A DNA stretch of 55,824 nt from a virus (Duplodnaviria > Caudoviricetes), in IMG/VR virus record IMGVR_UViG_3300038429_000537, positions 1 to 55,824 of that record; one strand, given 5' to 3'. The position numbers were made by a program, and so were the translations under genes. Numbering within the stretch: the first letter of the stretch is position 1; the number at the start of each line of letters is the position of its first letter. Shown here piece by piece: positions 54,461 through 55,824 of the stretch. Below the pieces are notes generated by a model, which worked only from the letters and a program-made list of their open reading frames with translations, had not been told where the DNA came from and ran no database searches.

Positions 54461-55059
54461 CCGTTCCTCCAGTAGGCGGCGTAGGTCTCCGGCACGCCGA
54501 CGTCCCACCACCCGTCACCGGGTCGGATCACTGGGGTCAGTCCCGAGAAGTGATCCCAACCCTCACTCGAAATCGGTTCGTTGCAATCCTCGGTCAGAAA
54601 CCACGGTGTCGACAGCGCGTGCGTACCCGGTCCGGTGCGCGTTAGGTGGTTGTGCTTGCCCAACCGCACGAGGTGCGGCATCCGCCACGCCGGTACTTGC
54701 CGAACCACGGCCCAACAGTAACTCGAGTCAGTAGGTAGGAGCTCGCCTTGCGGGTAGACGTTGTCGGCCATCACAATCAAGGATGATTGGCCATCGCGAT
54801 TGACTAAATTCAACGCGTCGCCTACTCCGGTCGGCTCGGGTTGGTAAATAAAATCGAGGTCAATTTTGTCCCCGTAGACCTTGTCAATCACGTCCACGAT
54901 CACTGAGCTTGGTGGGGTGACCACCGCGACGTGGTCGACTTCGTGCCGGAGCAGGTAGTCCATCCCGGAGAAGCAGACGGGCCGCAAGTCGCGCATCGGC
55001 AGCAGCGGCTTGTTGGGCAACCGCGTGGCGGCGCCCCCAGCGAGTAAGATGCCGATCAT
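54445..55059 (-). CDS. sugar-phosphate nucleotidyltransferase
   Basis: GILLAGGAATRLPNKPLL, QPEPTGVGDAL, ADN, WWDVG. Confidence 0.9.
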   Translation of the reverse strand: MIGILLAGGAATRLPNKPLLPMRDLRPVCFSGMDYLLRHEVDHVAVVTPPSSVIVDVIDKVYGDKIDLDFIYQPEPTGVGDALNLVNRDGQSSLIVMADNVYPQGELLPTDSSYCWAVVRQVPAWRMPHLVRLGKHNHLTRTGPGTHALSTPWFLTEDCNEPISSEGWDHFSGLTPVIRPGDGWWDVGVPETYAAYWRNGCKDR

Positions 55060-55068
55060 TAGGTCTCC

Positions 55069-55167
55069 TTAGCAATTCAGATTTGGTGGACCATCGGTCC
55101 GGCAAATAGAAAAATAACCGATGGCAGCAAAGGCTAGAAGCAGTAAACCAGGTAACAAGTTGATCAT
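55069..55167 (-). CDS. 32 aa hydrophobic peptide
   Basis: MINLLPGLLLLAFAAIGYFSIC..., read by hand; fills the gap between two genes. Confidence 0.4.
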   Translation of the reverse strand: MINLLPGLLLLAFAAIGYFSICRTDGPPNLNC

Positions 55168-55168
55168 G

Positions 55169-55824
55169 TTAATATCTTTCCGCTTCTATGCGGGTAAGGA
55201 AAAAATGAATACCGCCCCCGCATTCCTGCCAGCGGTCTTCATTCCATTTGTCACATTTCACCGTTTCGCCCTTGCGGTACTTCGTGTTTCGGTCGTATCG
55301 CGAAATGCCTTCTTCCGCACCGATTACTTGGAGCACCAATGCTTCACTGGCGCGGCACTTGCGACCAGAAGCATTAGAGCGCTGTGCCTTGGCAGGAATT
55401 CGGAGACGGACTATTACGCCGTTCAAACACTTCTTCCAACCTTGAAAGCCTCCAGTTTCGGGCACGATGGTGGTTTGCGCAAGAGAGTATTCGGCTTCCT
55501 TGGCATCTTTGAGGTTCGCCCCGCTGAGGTTCGCCCCGCTGAGGTACGCCCCGCTGAGGTTCGCCCCGCCGAGGTTCGTCCCGCCGAGGTTCGCCCCGCC
55601 GAGGTTCGCCCTGCTGAGGTTCGCCCCGCCGAGGTCCGCCCCGCTGAGGTTCGCCCCGCTGAGGTACGCCCCGTCGAGGTACGCCTCGCTGAGGTTCGCC
55701 TCGCTGAGGTTCGTCCCGCTGAGGTACGCCCCGCTGAGGTTCGCCCCGCCGAGGTTCGCCCAGCTGAGGTACGCCCCGCTGAGGTCCGCCCCGCTGAGGT
55801 TACCCACGATCAGGATCGCCCAGT
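55169..55824 (-). CDS. pentapeptide-repeat protein with a C-terminal phage domain (5' end probably outside the window)
   Basis: About 20 xLxGA-type repeats; C-terminal GWKK...KCRAS...CGGGIHFF. Confidence 0.9.
   Translation of the reverse strand, partial: WAILIVGNLSGADLSGAYLSWANLGGANLSGAYLSGTNLSEANLSEAYLDGAYLSGANLSGADLGGANLSRANLGGANLGGTNLGGANLSGAYLSGANLSGANLKDAKEAEYSLAQTTIVPETGGFQGWKKCLNGVIVRLRIPAKAQRSNASGRKCRASEALVLQVIGAEEGISRYDRNTKYRKGETVKCDKWNEDRWQECGGGIHFFLTRIEAERY
55502..55801. repeat. 15 bp tandem repeat (about 20 units, consensus gaggttcgccccgct) encoding the pentapeptide repeats
   Basis: Visible directly in the DNA. Confidence 0.95.

Noticed and set aside
55502-55801. Tandem repeat as a possible CRISPR array
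   Set aside because: Contiguous 15 bp in-frame units without unique spacers; explained by pentapeptide-repeat coding
1-55824. tRNA/rRNA genes, introns, inteins, alternative genetic code
   Set aside because: None recognised; genes are compact and uninterrupted, and TAA, TAG and TGA all serve as stops
1-55824. Specific host assignment (Acidobacteria-like impression)
   Set aside because: Only a general impression from protein style and intergenic motifs; needs homology or CRISPR-spacer matching

Overview
This window looks like most of a tailed bacteriophage genome with podovirus-like organisation, in two convergent arms. The + strand arm (1-40.9 kb) carries the terminase large subunit, a P22-like portal, a scaffold, an N4-gp56-like major capsid, neck/nozzle proteins, tail fibres, ejection proteins and lysis-type membrane proteins. 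Between the capsid and neck genes sits a ~10 kb translationally coupled glycan-synthesis operon: seven glycosyltransferase-like genes, a B12 radical SAM, an FkbM methyltransferase and two NDP-sugar dehydratases. An eighth GT lies just before the tail fibre. This is a candidate elaborate virion-glycosylation system. The - strand arm (41.0-55.8 kb) carries a small serine recombinase, nucleases, a family A DNA polymerase and a candidate cytosine-hypermodification pathway. That pathway comprises a thymidylate synthase homolog with the dCMP-type Asp, a dNMP kinase fused to a UDG-like domain, an atypical C5-methyltransferase with Lys in place of the motif X Asn, a GT-B transferase, and HAD, kinase and nucleotidyltransferase genes. 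Non-coding features include two near-identical TTTACA-N17-TAGAAT promoters abutting GTAC-N4-GTWC boxes, and a perfect 12-2-12 palindrome with flanking repeats where the arms converge. All calls come from reading motifs and gene context by eye; no searches were run and the host is not established.
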